Assembly (NCBI GenBank): GCA_937896195.1
Contig: CALBNC010000081.1
Coordinates: 5,218-69,217 of the forward strand
Source of the DNA: an uncultured Gammaproteobacteria bacterium
GTDB lineage: Bacteria > Pseudomonadota > Gammaproteobacteria > PS1 > Pseudothioglobaceae
DNA: 64,000 bases
Reading direction: 5' to 3'
Part shown: positions 11,540-21,321 of the stretch, in pieces
Layout of the letters: every line of letters starts with the position of its first letter
Position numbering within the stretch: position 1 is the first letter of the stretch
Notes under the pieces: generated by a model
Databases searched by the model: none
What the model saw: the letters and a program-made list of their open reading frames with translations, nothing else
What the model was told of the DNA's origin: nothing
Made by a program: the position numbers and the translations under genes

Positions 11540-11791
11540 GCCAATCTTAATATCAGTAATAGGCTTTGCTTGGCACGCTAAAATTTCACCTTTAGATAAA
11601 GGCACCAAACAATCTTGATGCCTAACATCCCCTTTTAGCAGTAATAGCACACAAGAGCCGCAATGTCCTTGGCGACAAGAGTGGTTAATCACCACATTGT
11701 GCGCTTCAAGCTCTGTTAGAATCGAGCGCTCACCATAGACATAAAGTGATTCGGTTTTGCCGTTGATGTTCTCAACATCGATTCTAAACAT
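11528..11791 (-). CDS. yfaE: 2Fe-2S ferredoxin, class I RNR maintenance protein YfaE-like
   Basis: SCRQGHCGSC...LACQ, directly downstream of nrdB. Confidence 0.85.
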   Translation of the reverse strand: MFRIDVENINGKTESLYVYGERSILTELEAHNVVINHSCRQGHCGSCVLLLLKGDVRHQDCLVPLSKGEILACQAKPITDIKIGSRN

Positions 11792-11800
11792 ATTGGCTAG

Positions 11801-12937
11801 TTAGAGCTTGAAATCACCAAAATCTGTATCATCTTTATCGAGTGTATTATCAATAGCACTCACCAAATAAGAAGTGATTTCTGTCTCTTGAGGAGCAACT
11901 TGAACATTGTCAGAATCAAGCCAGTGATTGATCCAAGGTAGTGGGTTGCTACGATCTTCAAATAAAGGTTTAAGGCCAATAGCTTTCATACGTATATTGG
12001 TAATATATTCTAAATATTGCTTTAAAATTTCAGCATTTAAACCAATCATTGAGCCATCTCTAAATAAATATTCAGCCCAATTTTTCTCTTGATCACAAGC
12101 TTCTTTAAACATTTGAATAACTTCTTTCTCGCATTCTGCTGCAATAACAGTCATTTCAGGATCATCTTTACCTTCGCGAATAATATTAATGATATGCTGA
12201 GTGCCAGCCAAATGTAGTGCCTCATCACGTGCAATCATCTTAATAATTTTAGCATTACCCTCCATTACCTTGCGCTCTGCAAAGGCGAAAGAACAAGCAA
12301 ACGACACATAAAAACGTACTGCTTCTAAAATATTAACAGACATAATAGTCAAATACAGCTTGCGCTTTAGGCATTTTAAATCAATGGCTACTTTCTCACC
12401 ATTTAGATCATGAGTTCCCTCTCCATGCAACAAATAAGCTTGTGAACATTTGATCAACTCATCATAATGTTTGGAAACACTTTCAGCGCGTTCAATAATT
12501 TGCTCTGTTTTCATAATATCATCAAACACAGCACCTGGCTCATTGACAATAGCGCGAATGATATGGGTGTATGAGCGCGAGTGGATAGTCTCAGAGAAAC
12601 TCCAAGTTTCAATCCAGTTTTCCAACTCTGGCAAAGATACAATAGGCAAAAATGCAATATTAGGACTGCGACCCTGTACGGAATCTAGAAGAATTTGATA
12701 CTGAAGATTAGAAAGAAAAATATGTTTTTCATTGGGCAATAACTTGGCAAAATCCATTTTATCTTTGGAGACATCGATCTCTTCTGGACGCCAAAAAAAT
12801 GACAACTGCTTTTCAGTCAGTTTTTCAAACATTTCAAATTTTTGCTTATCAAAGCGTGCAACATTAACCGTTTCGCCAAAAAACATAGGCTGAGTTAGTG
12901 TATTCGTAATTTTTTTATTAAAAATCGAGTATGACAT
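11801..12937 (-). CDS. nrdB: Class Ia ribonucleotide reductase beta subunit
   Basis: [51 protein letters not shown]. Confidence 0.97.
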   Translation of the reverse strand: MSYSIFNKKITNTLTQPMFFGETVNVARFDKQKFEMFEKLTEKQLSFFWRPEEIDVSKDKMDFAKLLPNEKHIFLSNLQYQILLDSVQGRSPNIAFLPIVSLPELENWIETWSFSETIHSRSYTHIIRAIVNEPGAVFDDIMKTEQIIERAESVSKHYDELIKCSQAYLLHGEGTHDLNGEKVAIDLKCLKRKLYLTIMSVNILEAVRFYVSFACSFAFAERKVMEGNAKIIKMIARDEALHLAGTQHIINIIREGKDDPEMTVIAAECEKEVIQMFKEACDQEKNWAEYLFRDGSMIGLNAEILKQYLEYITNIRMKAIGLKPLFEDRSNPLPWINHWLDSDNVQVAPQETEITSYLVSAIDNTLDKDDTDFGDFKL

Positions 12938-12946
12938 ATTTAATTC

Positions 12947-15223
12947 CTAAAGTTTACAAACGCCATCAGCGCAAGCATTATCGTCTTGGGTTTCAAGCAT
13001 GTCATCACCGCCACCATCACGTGTCGTATGATAATAAAGCGTCTTAACACCGTACTTATAAGCTTTTAAAAGATCCATTAAGAATAGTTTCATCGGCACT
13101 CGATTATTTTCAAATTGAGAAGGGTCATAATGTGTGTTTGCACTAATGGACTGATCAACAAATTTTTGCATAATAGCACAAAGCTGTAAATAACCTTCGT
13201 TGTTCTTAATATCCCAAAGCAACTCGTATTTATCTTTAAGTGCTTCATAATCCGGCACAACCTGTTTTAAGATACCATCTTTAGACTGCTTGATAGATAC
13301 AAAGCCTCGTGGCGGCTCAATACCGTTAGTGGAGTTAGAAATTTGAGAAGAACTCTCACAAGGCATTAATGCAGTCAATGTTGAGTTTCTTAAACCAGTA
13401 GTCATGATATCGCTACGTAACTTGTCCCAATCTAGCTTAAGCTCGGAACCACAAAAATCATCAACATTTTTCTTGTAAGTATCAATTGGCATAATACCTT
13501 GTGCATAATGCGTCTCATTAAATAAAGGACAAGCACCTTTTTCAGCTGCCAGAATATTAGAAGCTTTAAGAGCGTAATATTGCAGTGCTTCAAAGGTGCT
13601 GTGAACTAATTCATTGCCAGAGCCATCAGAATATTTAACGTCATTTTTTGCCAAATAGTAAGCTAGGTTGGTAACACCGATGCCCAAAGTACGACGATTC
13701 ATACTTGCAATTTCTGCCGCTTTAAGAGGGTAATCTTGATAATCTAGCAACGAATCTAGCGCACGTACAATAATATCTGTAATATCCTCTAATTCATCAA
13801 TAGAGTCTAATGCGCCTAGATTGACAGCTGATAATGTACACAAGGCCACCTCACCATTTTCATCTTGAACTGAATGTAATGGCTTAGTCGGCAGAGTAAT
13901 CTCCATACAAAGGTTTGACTGGCGCACTGGTGCTACTTTAGGGTCAAAGGCACCATGAGTATTACAATGATCAACATTTTGCAGATAAATACGTCCAGTG
14001 TTAGCGCGTTCTTGCATAAATTTAGCGAACAAATCTCTGGCTTTAATCGTCTCTTTACGAATTGAGCTGTCCTGCTCATATTTTTCATATAATTGCTTAA
14101 ACTTATCTTGATCTTCAAAAAAAGAATCGTACAAGCCGGGTACATCATGTGGAGAGAACAAAGTGATATCACCATCAGCTAGAAAACGTTGGTACATCAA
14201 TCCATTAAATTGAACGCCATAATCAAGGTGACGAATTCTGTTTTCATCCGTACCTGTGTTATTTTTCAATACCAATAAACTTTCAACTTCAAGATGCCAT
14301 AAAGGATAGAAAAGGGTGGCTGCACCACCACGAACACCGCCTTGAGAACAAGATTTTACTGCTGTATGAAAATGCTTGTAAAAAGGAATACAGCCAGTAT
14401 GTGTTGCTTCACCATTACGAATAGGGCTACCAATCGCTCTAATCCTACCAGCATTAATACCAATACCGGCTCTCTGAGAAACATATTTAACAATAGCGCC
14501 TGCTGCTGCACTGATAGAATCAAGATCATCATCTGCTTCGATTAAAACACACGATGAGAATTGACGTGTCGGAGTGCGTACACCCGCCATAATAGGCGTA
14601 GGTAGTGAAATTTTAAAGTTAGATACACCGTCATAAAAGCGTTTAACAATTGACATGCGATCTTCTTTTTCATATTCTTGAAACAGGCACATACCTACCA
14701 ACATGTACAACTGCTGTGGTGATTCATAAATATCACCAGTCACACGATTTTGTACTAAATACTTACCCTCAAGTTGCTTAACAGCAGCATATGAAAATTT
14801 CATATCACGCCAATGATCAATATATTCATCCAACTCTTCAATTTCAGACTGGGTGTATTTATCTAGGATATCTTTATCGTAAATACCTAAATCAGTAAAT
14901 TTTTTCACATGCTTAAAAAGGGCGGGGGGTGTGAAAGATTTAAAGGCTTTTTTGCGCAAATGAAAAATAGCCAATCTAGCAGCTAAATATTGATAATCAG
15001 GCACCTCTTTTGAAATTAAATCAGCAGCTGACTTAATAATCGTTTCATGAATATCTTCAGTCTTAATTCCATTAAAAAATGCTAATTGTGCATTGATTTC
15101 AACCTGGCTAACACTAACCCCTTTTAGGTCTTGCGAAGCCCAATGTACAACACGATGGATTTTCTCCATATCGATCAACTCTTGCTGACCATCTCGTTTG
15201 GTGACTTTGATACTTTGATTCAT
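12947..15223 (-). CDS. nrdA: Class Ia ribonucleotide reductase alpha subunit
   Basis: ATP cone (VTKRDG), QFSSCVLI, SNLCMEI, C-terminal CxxxxC (CADGVCKL). Confidence 0.97.
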   Translation of the reverse strand: MNQSIKVTKRDGQQELIDMEKIHRVVHWASQDLKGVSVSQVEINAQLAFFNGIKTEDIHETIIKSAADLISKEVPDYQYLAARLAIFHLRKKAFKSFTPPALFKHVKKFTDLGIYDKDILDKYTQSEIEELDEYIDHWRDMKFSYAAVKQLEGKYLVQNRVTGDIYESPQQLYMLVGMCLFQEYEKEDRMSIVKRFYDGVSNFKISLPTPIMAGVRTPTRQFSSCVLIEADDDLDSISAAAGAIVKYVSQRAGIGINAGRIRAIGSPIRNGEATHTGCIPFYKHFHTAVKSCSQGGVRGGAATLFYPLWHLEVESLLVLKNNTGTDENRIRHLDYGVQFNGLMYQRFLADGDITLFSPHDVPGLYDSFFEDQDKFKQLYEKYEQDSSIRKETIKARDLFAKFMQERANTGRIYLQNVDHCNTHGAFDPKVAPVRQSNLCMEITLPTKPLHSVQDENGEVALCTLSAVNLGALDSIDELEDITDIIVRALDSLLDYQDYPLKAAEIASMNRRTLGIGVTNLAYYLAKNDVKYSDGSGNELVHSTFEALQYYALKASNILAAEKGACPLFNETHYAQGIMPIDTYKKNVDDFCGSELKLDWDKLRSDIMTTGLRNSTLTALMPCESSSQISNSTNGIEPPRGFVSIKQSKDGILKQVVPDYEALKDKYELLWDIKNNEGYLQLCAIMQKFVDQSISANTHYDPSQFENNRVPMKLFLMDLLKAYKYGVKTLYYHTTRDGGGDDMLETQDDNACADGVCKL

Positions 15224-15242
15224 TTACTCCCCTGAGTTAGAA

Positions 15243-15290
15243 ACACTACATATAGTGTTCATAAAAGATAACTACAACTAAATATAGTGT
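15243..15290. promoter_or_regulatory. Two tandem NrdR boxes upstream of nrdA
   Basis: ACACTACATATAGTGT (15243-15258) and CAACTAAATATAGTGT (15275-15290), 32 bp apart. The second overlaps the -10 of a minus-strand TTGCAA-N17-TATATT promoter. Confidence 0.88.
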
Positions 15291-15544
15291 ATTTGGATGA
15301 TTTTTGCAAGTGGTAAAAATATCAAAAGATAGCTAAATTTACCAAAAACATTGGTACAAAAGGGATTGAGAGAATAAAAAAAATTAAAATAATTTTTAGA
15401 GCTTTTGGCTTAAAAATATTATCAATTTATGATGTAATAATATTACTTTTTTATAATAAAAAGCGCAAAGCCTGACGGGGAAAGAGTAAAAAAAAATAGC
15501 GGCAAATAAACTAATAAAAAAGTGAAGTTTTTATCTAAAAATAA

Positions 15545-16558
15545 CTAAATCGGTGAAGCAATTAATTGAGCATCATTTAAGCCATTTTCGAGTAAGAATT
15601 CACCTAGATAAATCAACACTTCGGCAGGTGCAGAAATATAGACTTCTGATTGGTTTACAATGTCCTGATCCAAAGAATCATAAATTTTCTTTGCAACTTT
15701 ATGGCAATCATTATGACTGTTTCGATCAAATTCACATGCAATCGGCTGATAATGATAATCATCCATCACAGCATTCCAAGATTGCGCATGGTTATCAAAA
15801 TAAGGGCGGGGCTCAACACTTGGATAAGCCCAGTAAAAATAAACAGGATTAGGCATTTCCAATGAAAAAGCATGCTCAACCAGGCTCCTAATGGGTGCAA
15901 ATCCCCCATCCCATGCGATAAAAACCATAGGCTTGTCTGACGTTTCTTTAAGAACAAATACACCTTTAGGGCCTGTTAGATCAACTTTATCTTTATCCTT
16001 GATTTTATGAGAAAAAATTAATTGTGAAAATTCATCAATATCAAGATTTCGAATATGAAACTCAAGCTCCATACCATGACACGGGCATGAGGCAATAGGG
16101 TAGCGAGATACTACCCCTTTAAAGTTTAACTCAACATCCTGTCCTGCCATAAACTGTAAATTTTTAGAGCGTGGCGTTCTTAGACTAACAATCGCCATGT
16201 TTTCGTTAACAAAACGAATATCTTTAATTTTAGTCTGAATTTCTTGAAGAGGAATTAAACGAACATCTCCAATCAAATCAAGCTCAAGCTCAAGATTTGA
16301 TCTGGGTGCGTGACAGCACATTAAAAACTCTTGATTATCTATCTCTTCAGCAGTGAGGGCGTAATCATGGTGTTTGATCTTTTTAATATCACCCTTAACA
16401 AGTTTAGCTTTACACGCGCCACAAGTGCCATTACTACACTCATAGCGCATCGACAAGCCATGGCGAAGGCCACCATCAAGAATAGATTCTGAGTGAGCGC
16501 ATTCAAATAATTTTTCCTGGCCTTGAAGTTTAACTTGATAAAGATTTGAATGATTCAT
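15545..16558 (-). CDS. 2Fe-2S ferredoxin + FAD/NAD(P)-binding oxidoreductase-like protein with divergent motifs
   Basis: YECSNGTCGAC...LMCC cluster, followed by FNR-like beta-barrel and NAD domain (IAWDGGFAPIRS, YFYW). Confidence 0.75.
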   Translation of the reverse strand: MNHSNLYQVKLQGQEKLFECAHSESILDGGLRHGLSMRYECSNGTCGACKAKLVKGDIKKIKHHDYALTAEEIDNQEFLMCCHAPRSNLELELDLIGDVRLIPLQEIQTKIKDIRFVNENMAIVSLRTPRSKNLQFMAGQDVELNFKGVVSRYPIASCPCHGMELEFHIRNLDIDEFSQLIFSHKIKDKDKVDLTGPKGVFVLKETSDKPMVFIAWDGGFAPIRSLVEHAFSLEMPNPVYFYWAYPSVEPRPYFDNHAQSWNAVMDDYHYQPIACEFDRNSHNDCHKVAKKIYDSLDQDIVNQSEVYISAPAEVLIYLGEFLLENGLNDAQLIASPI

Positions 16559-16725
16559 TGGAGTTAACAGGGTAGCGGTTAATAATATTGTTTTAATTGT
16601 TAAACAAATTATACAATTACTTTATAACCCTACTCATTTAATAATGACTATGAAACATATCAATATTATCATTGCCCTTATAAAAATATCATTACGCTTT
16701 TTACGACTTTTACAATAAAACCAAC

Positions 16726-16764
16726 TGATTCATTTGAATAATGTTACAATATTCAAATGAATCA
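16726..16764. promoter_or_regulatory. 39-bp palindrome enclosing an extended -10 promoter and the umuD start codon; candidate operator
   Basis: TGATTCATTTGAATA-ATGTTACAA-TATTCAAATGAATCA with 15-bp perfect arms; TGnTACAAT at 16742-16750; ATG at 16757. Confidence 0.75.
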
Positions 16765-17344
16765 AAAAATACAAACTCATGGTGGCGCCAGAACAGGCGC
16801 AGGTCGTAAGAAAAATTCGGGTAAATTTAAAGAAGATACCAAGGTAATGCGTGTGCCAATTAGCCTAGTAAGAACTGTTAAATCTACTTTAAATATATAT
16901 AAATCTCAATTAAAGTCTGAAATAGAAGTGCTTGAGCCAGACTTTAATGCGCCCAATATTTTTATCCCTATTTTTTCCTCACGTGTACAGGCCGGATTTC
17001 CATCTCCTGCAGATGATCACTTAGAAGACCGTCTTGACTTAAACAAGCATCTAATTCATCATCAGGAGTCTACTTTTTTTGTACGTGCACAAGGTGAATC
17101 AATGTTAAATGCTGGAATTCATCCGGGTGACATTCTGGTAGTGGACAAGTCTCTACTTGCTAAAAGTGGCAAAATAGTTATCGCCGTAGTGGACGGTGAA
17201 TTTACTGTTAAGCGACTACATAAATACAAAGGAAAAATTAGCTTAAAAGCTGAAAATCCAGAATTTAAAGATATTGAAATTAGCGAAGGCAATGAGCTTA
17301 TTATTTGGGGCGTTGTTACGTCAACCATTCATCAATATGCCTAA
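16757..17344 (+). CDS. umuD: UmuD/LexA S24 autopeptidase with N-terminal extension (UmuDAb-like)
   Basis: Cleavage site [11 protein letters not shown], catalytic Ser (GESM) and Lys (TVKRL); extra N-terminal [11 protein letters not shown]...TKVMRVP domain. Confidence 0.9.
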   Translation: MNQKIQTHGGARTGAGRKKNSGKFKEDTKVMRVPISLVRTVKSTLNIYKSQLKSEIEVLEPDFNAPNIFIPIFSSRVQAGFPSPADDHLEDRLDLNKHLIHHQESTFFVRAQGESMLNAGIHPGDILVVDKSLLAKSGKIVIAVVDGEFTVKRLHKYKGKISLKAENPEFKDIEISEGNELIIWGVVTSTIHQYA

Positions 17345-18587
17345 ATTCAAAGGGCAAAAATTTGCACTCATTGATTGCAATAATTTCTATGCATCCTGTG
17401 AACGAGTGTTTGAACCTAAATTAGAGAGAGAGCCTATTGTAGTTCTCAGTAACAACGATGGCTGTATTATCGCACGCTCTAATGAAGCTAAATCACTCGG
17501 CATTAAGATGGGTGTGCCGTATTACCAAATGAAAGACTTAATGATTAGTAAATCAGTCGTGGTTAAGTCATCTAATTATCCTTTGTATGGTGACATGTCA
17601 TCTCGAGTAATGAAAGTTATTAGCCAATATTCACCAATACAAGAGGTGTATTCAATTGACGAAAGCTTCTTAGATTTATCAGGCTTTACAATAAACTTGA
17701 ATACATACATGCAAACACTGAAAAACCAGGTTAAATCATGGACGGGTATTCCCGTTTGCGTAGGTATGGGAAGCACAAAGGTACGAGCAAAACTAGCCAA
17801 TCGTATTGCTAAAATTTACCCCAGGTTTAATGGGGTATTTGATATAGACAACTTGCCAATTGAGCGTTTTGAAAAGCTATTAGATTCTTTTGAGGTAGTT
17901 GATATATGGGGTGTTGGAAACAAATCAGCCCAAAAGCTACAGCAGATAGGAATCAACAGTGCTTATGACTTTTACAAAGCTGATATTGGAATTATTGAAA
18001 CCTTATTAGGCGTTAACGGCAAGCGTATATATAGAGAGCTATATGGTTATTCGTGTCTTGCCATAGAAGAAATTGGACCAATTAGGAAGCAAATTGTATC
18101 TTCACGCTCTTTTGGACTCGATTTAAGTGATTTTGACGAGATAAACCAAGCATTAACTAGTTTAACCAGAAAGGCAGTAAATAGGCTTAATCAGAAGTCA
18201 TTAGCAGCCACCTCGATGAGTGTTTTTATTTATACAAACCCTTTTAAGAGAGATATTTCACGCATCAGTCTATCTAAGACTGTTGGCATGATTACACCTA
18301 TTAGCGACGAAAGAGTATTGATACCATTATGTTCAAAGTTACTTAAGCAAATTTACGAACCAGGCTATAAGTTTTATAAGGGCGGGGTTATGTTGGGAAG
18401 CCTAACAACAGATAAAAGCCAACAAGACTTATTTATGGCTAGTAACAAAACTCAATCATTACATAAGCACCCATATGGAAAATTATTACGATATGCGAGC
18501 GAACTTGGTAATGAGCGCTGGCTACCAAGAAGTGATTTTCAATCTAGCAGATTCACGACTGATTGGTCTGAAATATTAAGTGTTTAA
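17337..18587 (+). CDS. umuC: Y-family DNA polymerase V subunit
   Basis: [39 protein letters not shown]-terminal SRFTTDWSE; start MPKF overlaps umuD stop. Confidence 0.93.
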   Translation: MPKFKGQKFALIDCNNFYASCERVFEPKLEREPIVVLSNNDGCIIARSNEAKSLGIKMGVPYYQMKDLMISKSVVVKSSNYPLYGDMSSRVMKVISQYSPIQEVYSIDESFLDLSGFTINLNTYMQTLKNQVKSWTGIPVCVGMGSTKVRAKLANRIAKIYPRFNGVFDIDNLPIERFEKLLDSFEVVDIWGVGNKSAQKLQQIGINSAYDFYKADIGIIETLLGVNGKRIYRELYGYSCLAIEEIGPIRKQIVSSRSFGLDLSDFDEINQALTSLTRKAVNRLNQKSLAATSMSVFIYTNPFKRDISRISLSKTVGMITPISDERVLIPLCSKLLKQIYEPGYKFYKGGVMLGSLTTDKSQQDLFMASNKTQSLHKHPYGKLLRYASELGNERWLPRSDFQSSRFTTDWSEILSV

Positions 18588-18661
18588 AGATATAACCCAA
18601 AAAGTAAGGTTAAATTAGCAGGGGATAGGATAAAAGAGAATTAAATATATAAATATTTTTT

Positions 18662-18689
18662 ATTTAACATAATATAAATTATACGAACT
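18662..18689 (-). other. dif site (XerCD chromosome dimer resolution)
   Basis: Minus strand AGTTCGTATAA-TTTATA-TTATGTTAAAT: XerD arm identical to E. coli dif, XerC arm close, 6-bp spacer. Confidence 0.92.
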
Positions 18690-18719
18690 ATATATAAGTA
18701 ATAAAAAATCAATTAATGA

Positions 18720-19061
18720 CTAGCTTTTACTAAGATTAGTATCGATAAAGTTACGTACAAAGTCCGGAGTTTGTGCTGAATGAAAACGATCAACCTCTTC
18801 ACCATTAATAAAGGCAATAACAGTTGGAAAGCCACGAACAGCATAGCGTCCAGCAATTTTCATATTTTCATCTTCCGCTTCAATTTTAGCCAATAAAAAC
18901 TCTTTCTCATCATACTCCAAAGCTACAGAATTAATGATTGGCTCTAACACGTTGCACGGACCACACCACTCAGCTGAGATATCTAAAACCACTAACCGAT
19001 GGTGAGATTCATCAAGTACAAGCGCTTCAAAATTGTCAACATTAATCTCTAAAGCAGACAT
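18720..19061 (-). CDS. Thioredoxin family protein
   Basis: WCGPC active site, GFPT cis-Pro motif. Confidence 0.88.
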   Translation of the reverse strand: MSALEINVDNFEALVLDESHHRLVVLDISAEWCGPCNVLEPIINSVALEYDEKEFLLAKIEAEDENMKIAGRYAVRGFPTVIAFINGEEVDRFHSAQTPDFVRNFIDTNLSKS

Positions 19062-19063
19062 AA

Positions 19064-19744
19064 TTAGTGACGTCTAATGGTGTTAAGGTCAAAATGTCGA
19101 CGCTTATTTTTACGATAAATAGGGAAAATAGCGATCAATAATACAATCAAAATGGCGACACTTAAATAAATCCAATTAGTGTTCAAATTACCCATAAAAG
19201 AGAAGAGATAATTATCTTGAGATAGTGGATCTACATCGTCAGAATTTTCTAATTTAGGTGAGATTTCATTTGTATTAGTTGCTCTTTCTGACTGATTGTA
19301 AGCTGTATTTGAATCCTTAAAATCAGCTTTAAGCTTTACTATGTAAGCATTTAAATGATTATTTTCGACCTCTAATAAAGAGTTTTTATGGGTGAGAATT
19401 TTTATTTTTTCTTTAAATTGTCCTAATAATTTCTCTTGAATTACCAGCGCATTAGGTGTTTTTTTAGTATTATTTTCGTCTGAAAGAGGGGGTGTAGATG
19501 TCAGATTTTCAGACAAAATCCAACCATTTAGACCATCAAGACTAACAAAAGACCACCCAGAATAATGCATTGTTAACCGCTGCAATGGTTGATTCTTGCC
19601 CACAACCTTAATGACATTCTTATTATTAAGGTTGACTCTATCTGATCGGATAACACTATCATCATTAATTGCAAAAACAGTGGAACTGGCTAATGAACTA
19701 AAACTCAATAGCAGTGAAAAAATCAAGAAAAAAAATCTACTCAT
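19064..19744 (-). CDS. Exported SH3-domain protein with coiled coil and C-terminal TM anchor (YgiM-like)
   Basis: Signal peptide, SH3b-like GWSFVSLDGLNGWILSENL, coiled coil, TM helix then basic tail. Confidence 0.6.
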   Translation of the reverse strand: MSRFFFLIFSLLLSFSSLASSTVFAINDDSVIRSDRVNLNNKNVIKVVGKNQPLQRLTMHYSGWSFVSLDGLNGWILSENLTSTPPLSDENNTKKTPNALVIQEKLLGQFKEKIKILTHKNSLLEVENNHLNAYIVKLKADFKDSNTAYNQSERATNTNEISPKLENSDDVDPLSQDNYLFSFMGNLNTNWIYLSVAILIVLLIAIFPIYRKNKRRHFDLNTIRRH

Positions 19745-19925
19745 ATCTAAAATAAATAGCTAAAAATTAGTCATATTATAAGGTGAAAATACAAAAAAAC
19801 CAAAAAATAAGGGGTTAAATCAATAAATTACTTAAAAATCAATGACTTATATATTATAATTAAAAATGCCTAATTTTTAACGATTCAACACCAGTCCAAG
19901 TACTTTCCTTGATTTTATGAGAAAA

Positions 19926-19950
19926 CCTCTTAAATCTAAAATTTAAGAGG
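19926..19950 (-). terminator. Probable terminator after the 20009-20437 gene
   Basis: CCTCTTAAAT-CTAAA-ATTTAAGAGG perfect 10-bp stem followed by TTTTC on the minus strand. Confidence 0.55.
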
Positions 19951-20008
19951 AATAGCGAAAAAATAGCAAAATTTTGACTATTTTATGGTTAATCGTCGTT
20001 TTGCCGTA

Positions 20009-20437
20009 CTAAATTATCTTGGAACGAGAAAACTTACTTGTTAATCTATATTTTTGTTTTGGACTTTTTGGTTTTTCTGGAATAGTACGTTCAAAAAAAT
20101 GACAATCCAATAAAGGATTTAAAATATCATTCTTAAATCGATGCTTATGTGTGCGTTTTAAAATTTTCATCAGCTCGTCAGCGCTACTTTCCAGTTGGCA
20201 ATTTCTTAATACTTGAACTTGCTCCGAGCTTATTTCTTCTATCTTGCAACTTAGTCCATTCTTAGTACTTGATACATCTATAGATACTTCTTCATCAATG
20301 TTTTCTTTAAAAATGAATCCTTGCTGTTCAGCTGAATTTGAAATTGAATTATCAAGCTTTAAATCTTTATTCCAACCTTGCTTATCATCAAGTTTTTGAT
20401 CCAACTTTTGTTTTTTGTTTTTTCCAAACCAGGCCAT
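20009..20437 (-). CDS. Hypothetical protein with a Fic-associated C-terminal winged-helix-like domain
   Basis: ILNPLL...ERTIPEKPKSPKQKYRLT matches the tail common in Fic/AlbA-type proteins; no Fic catalytic motif. Confidence 0.6.
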   Translation of the reverse strand: MAWFGKNKKQKLDQKLDDKQGWNKDLKLDNSISNSAEQQGFIFKENIDEEVSIDVSSTKNGLSCKIEEISSEQVQVLRNCQLESSADELMKILKRTHKHRFKNDILNPLLDCHFFERTIPEKPKSPKQKYRLTSKFSRSKII

Positions 20438-20540
20438 AATAAAGATTTGTATAAGATTGATAAGCTTAGTTTATCAAAACTAAACCCGTAATTAGATAAA
20501 TAACACTTAAAAATGCCTTAAAGCATCTTTTAAATTAGAT

Positions 20541-21305
20541 TTAATTGGTTAATATCTGATCTAGAAACAGTTGTAAACGCTCTGATTCAGGATTATCAAA
20601 GAACTTATCAGGTGTATTTTGCTCAATAACCTGACCTTCATCCATAAAGATGACACGATCTGCAACCTTCTTAGCAAAGCCCATCTCATGAGTCACACAG
20701 AGCATAGTAATGCCTTCTTTAGCAAGTTCGATCATAACATCTAACACTTCTGAAATCATCTCTGGATCAAGCGCTGATGTCGGCTCATCAAATAACATTA
20801 TTTTAGGTGAAGTACATAACGCCCTAGCAATTGCAACACGCTGTTGCTGACCACCTGAAAGCTGATTTGGATATTTTTCAGCTTGGTCCTTGATACCAAC
20901 TCTATCTAATAGAGTTAATGCTTTTTCTTTTGCTTGCTGCTTAGTTTCATTGTGTACCCAGATTGGTGCTAGTGTTAAATTATCAATGATACTTAAATGA
21001 GGAAATAAGTTGAAATGTTGAAATACCATTGACACTTCAGAGCGCACTTGTCTGATTTTTTTAACATCGTCTGTTAGCTCAGTCCCATCAACTACGATAG
21101 AGCCCTCTTGAAACTTCTCAAGAAAATTTATACAGCGAATTAAAGTAGATTTTCCACTACCTGACGGTCCACAAATAACAATGATTTCACCTTCTTTAAC
21201 CGTTAAATCGATATTTTTTAATGCATGGAACTCTCCATACCACTTATTCAGTCCTTTAATTTCAATAATATCGCAGCAAAGTCTGTCATCTGTTGGATTG
21301 CTCAT
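20541..21305 (-). CDS. aapP: Polar amino acid ABC transporter ATP-binding subunit (AapP/BztD)
   Basis: GPSGSGKST, LSGGQQQRVAIARAL, MLFDEPTSALDPE. Confidence 0.9.
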   Translation of the reverse strand: MSNPTDDRLCCDIIEIKGLNKWYGEFHALKNIDLTVKEGEIIVICGPSGSGKSTLIRCINFLEKFQEGSIVVDGTELTDDVKKIRQVRSEVSMVFQHFNLFPHLSIIDNLTLAPIWVHNETKQQAKEKALTLLDRVGIKDQAEKYPNQLSGGQQQRVAIARALCTSPKIMLFDEPTSALDPEMISEVLDVMIELAKEGITMLCVTHEMGFAKKVADRVIFMDEGQVIEQNTPDKFFDNPESERLQLFLDQILTN

Positions 21306-21321
21306 AAACTTCCTTCCTTTT

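Noticed and set aside
16722-16749. Possible second dif-like site (TAATGTTACAA resembles the XerD arm)
   Set aside because: Only 8 of 11 positions match and there is no XerC arm at the right spacing; better explained as the operator/extended -10
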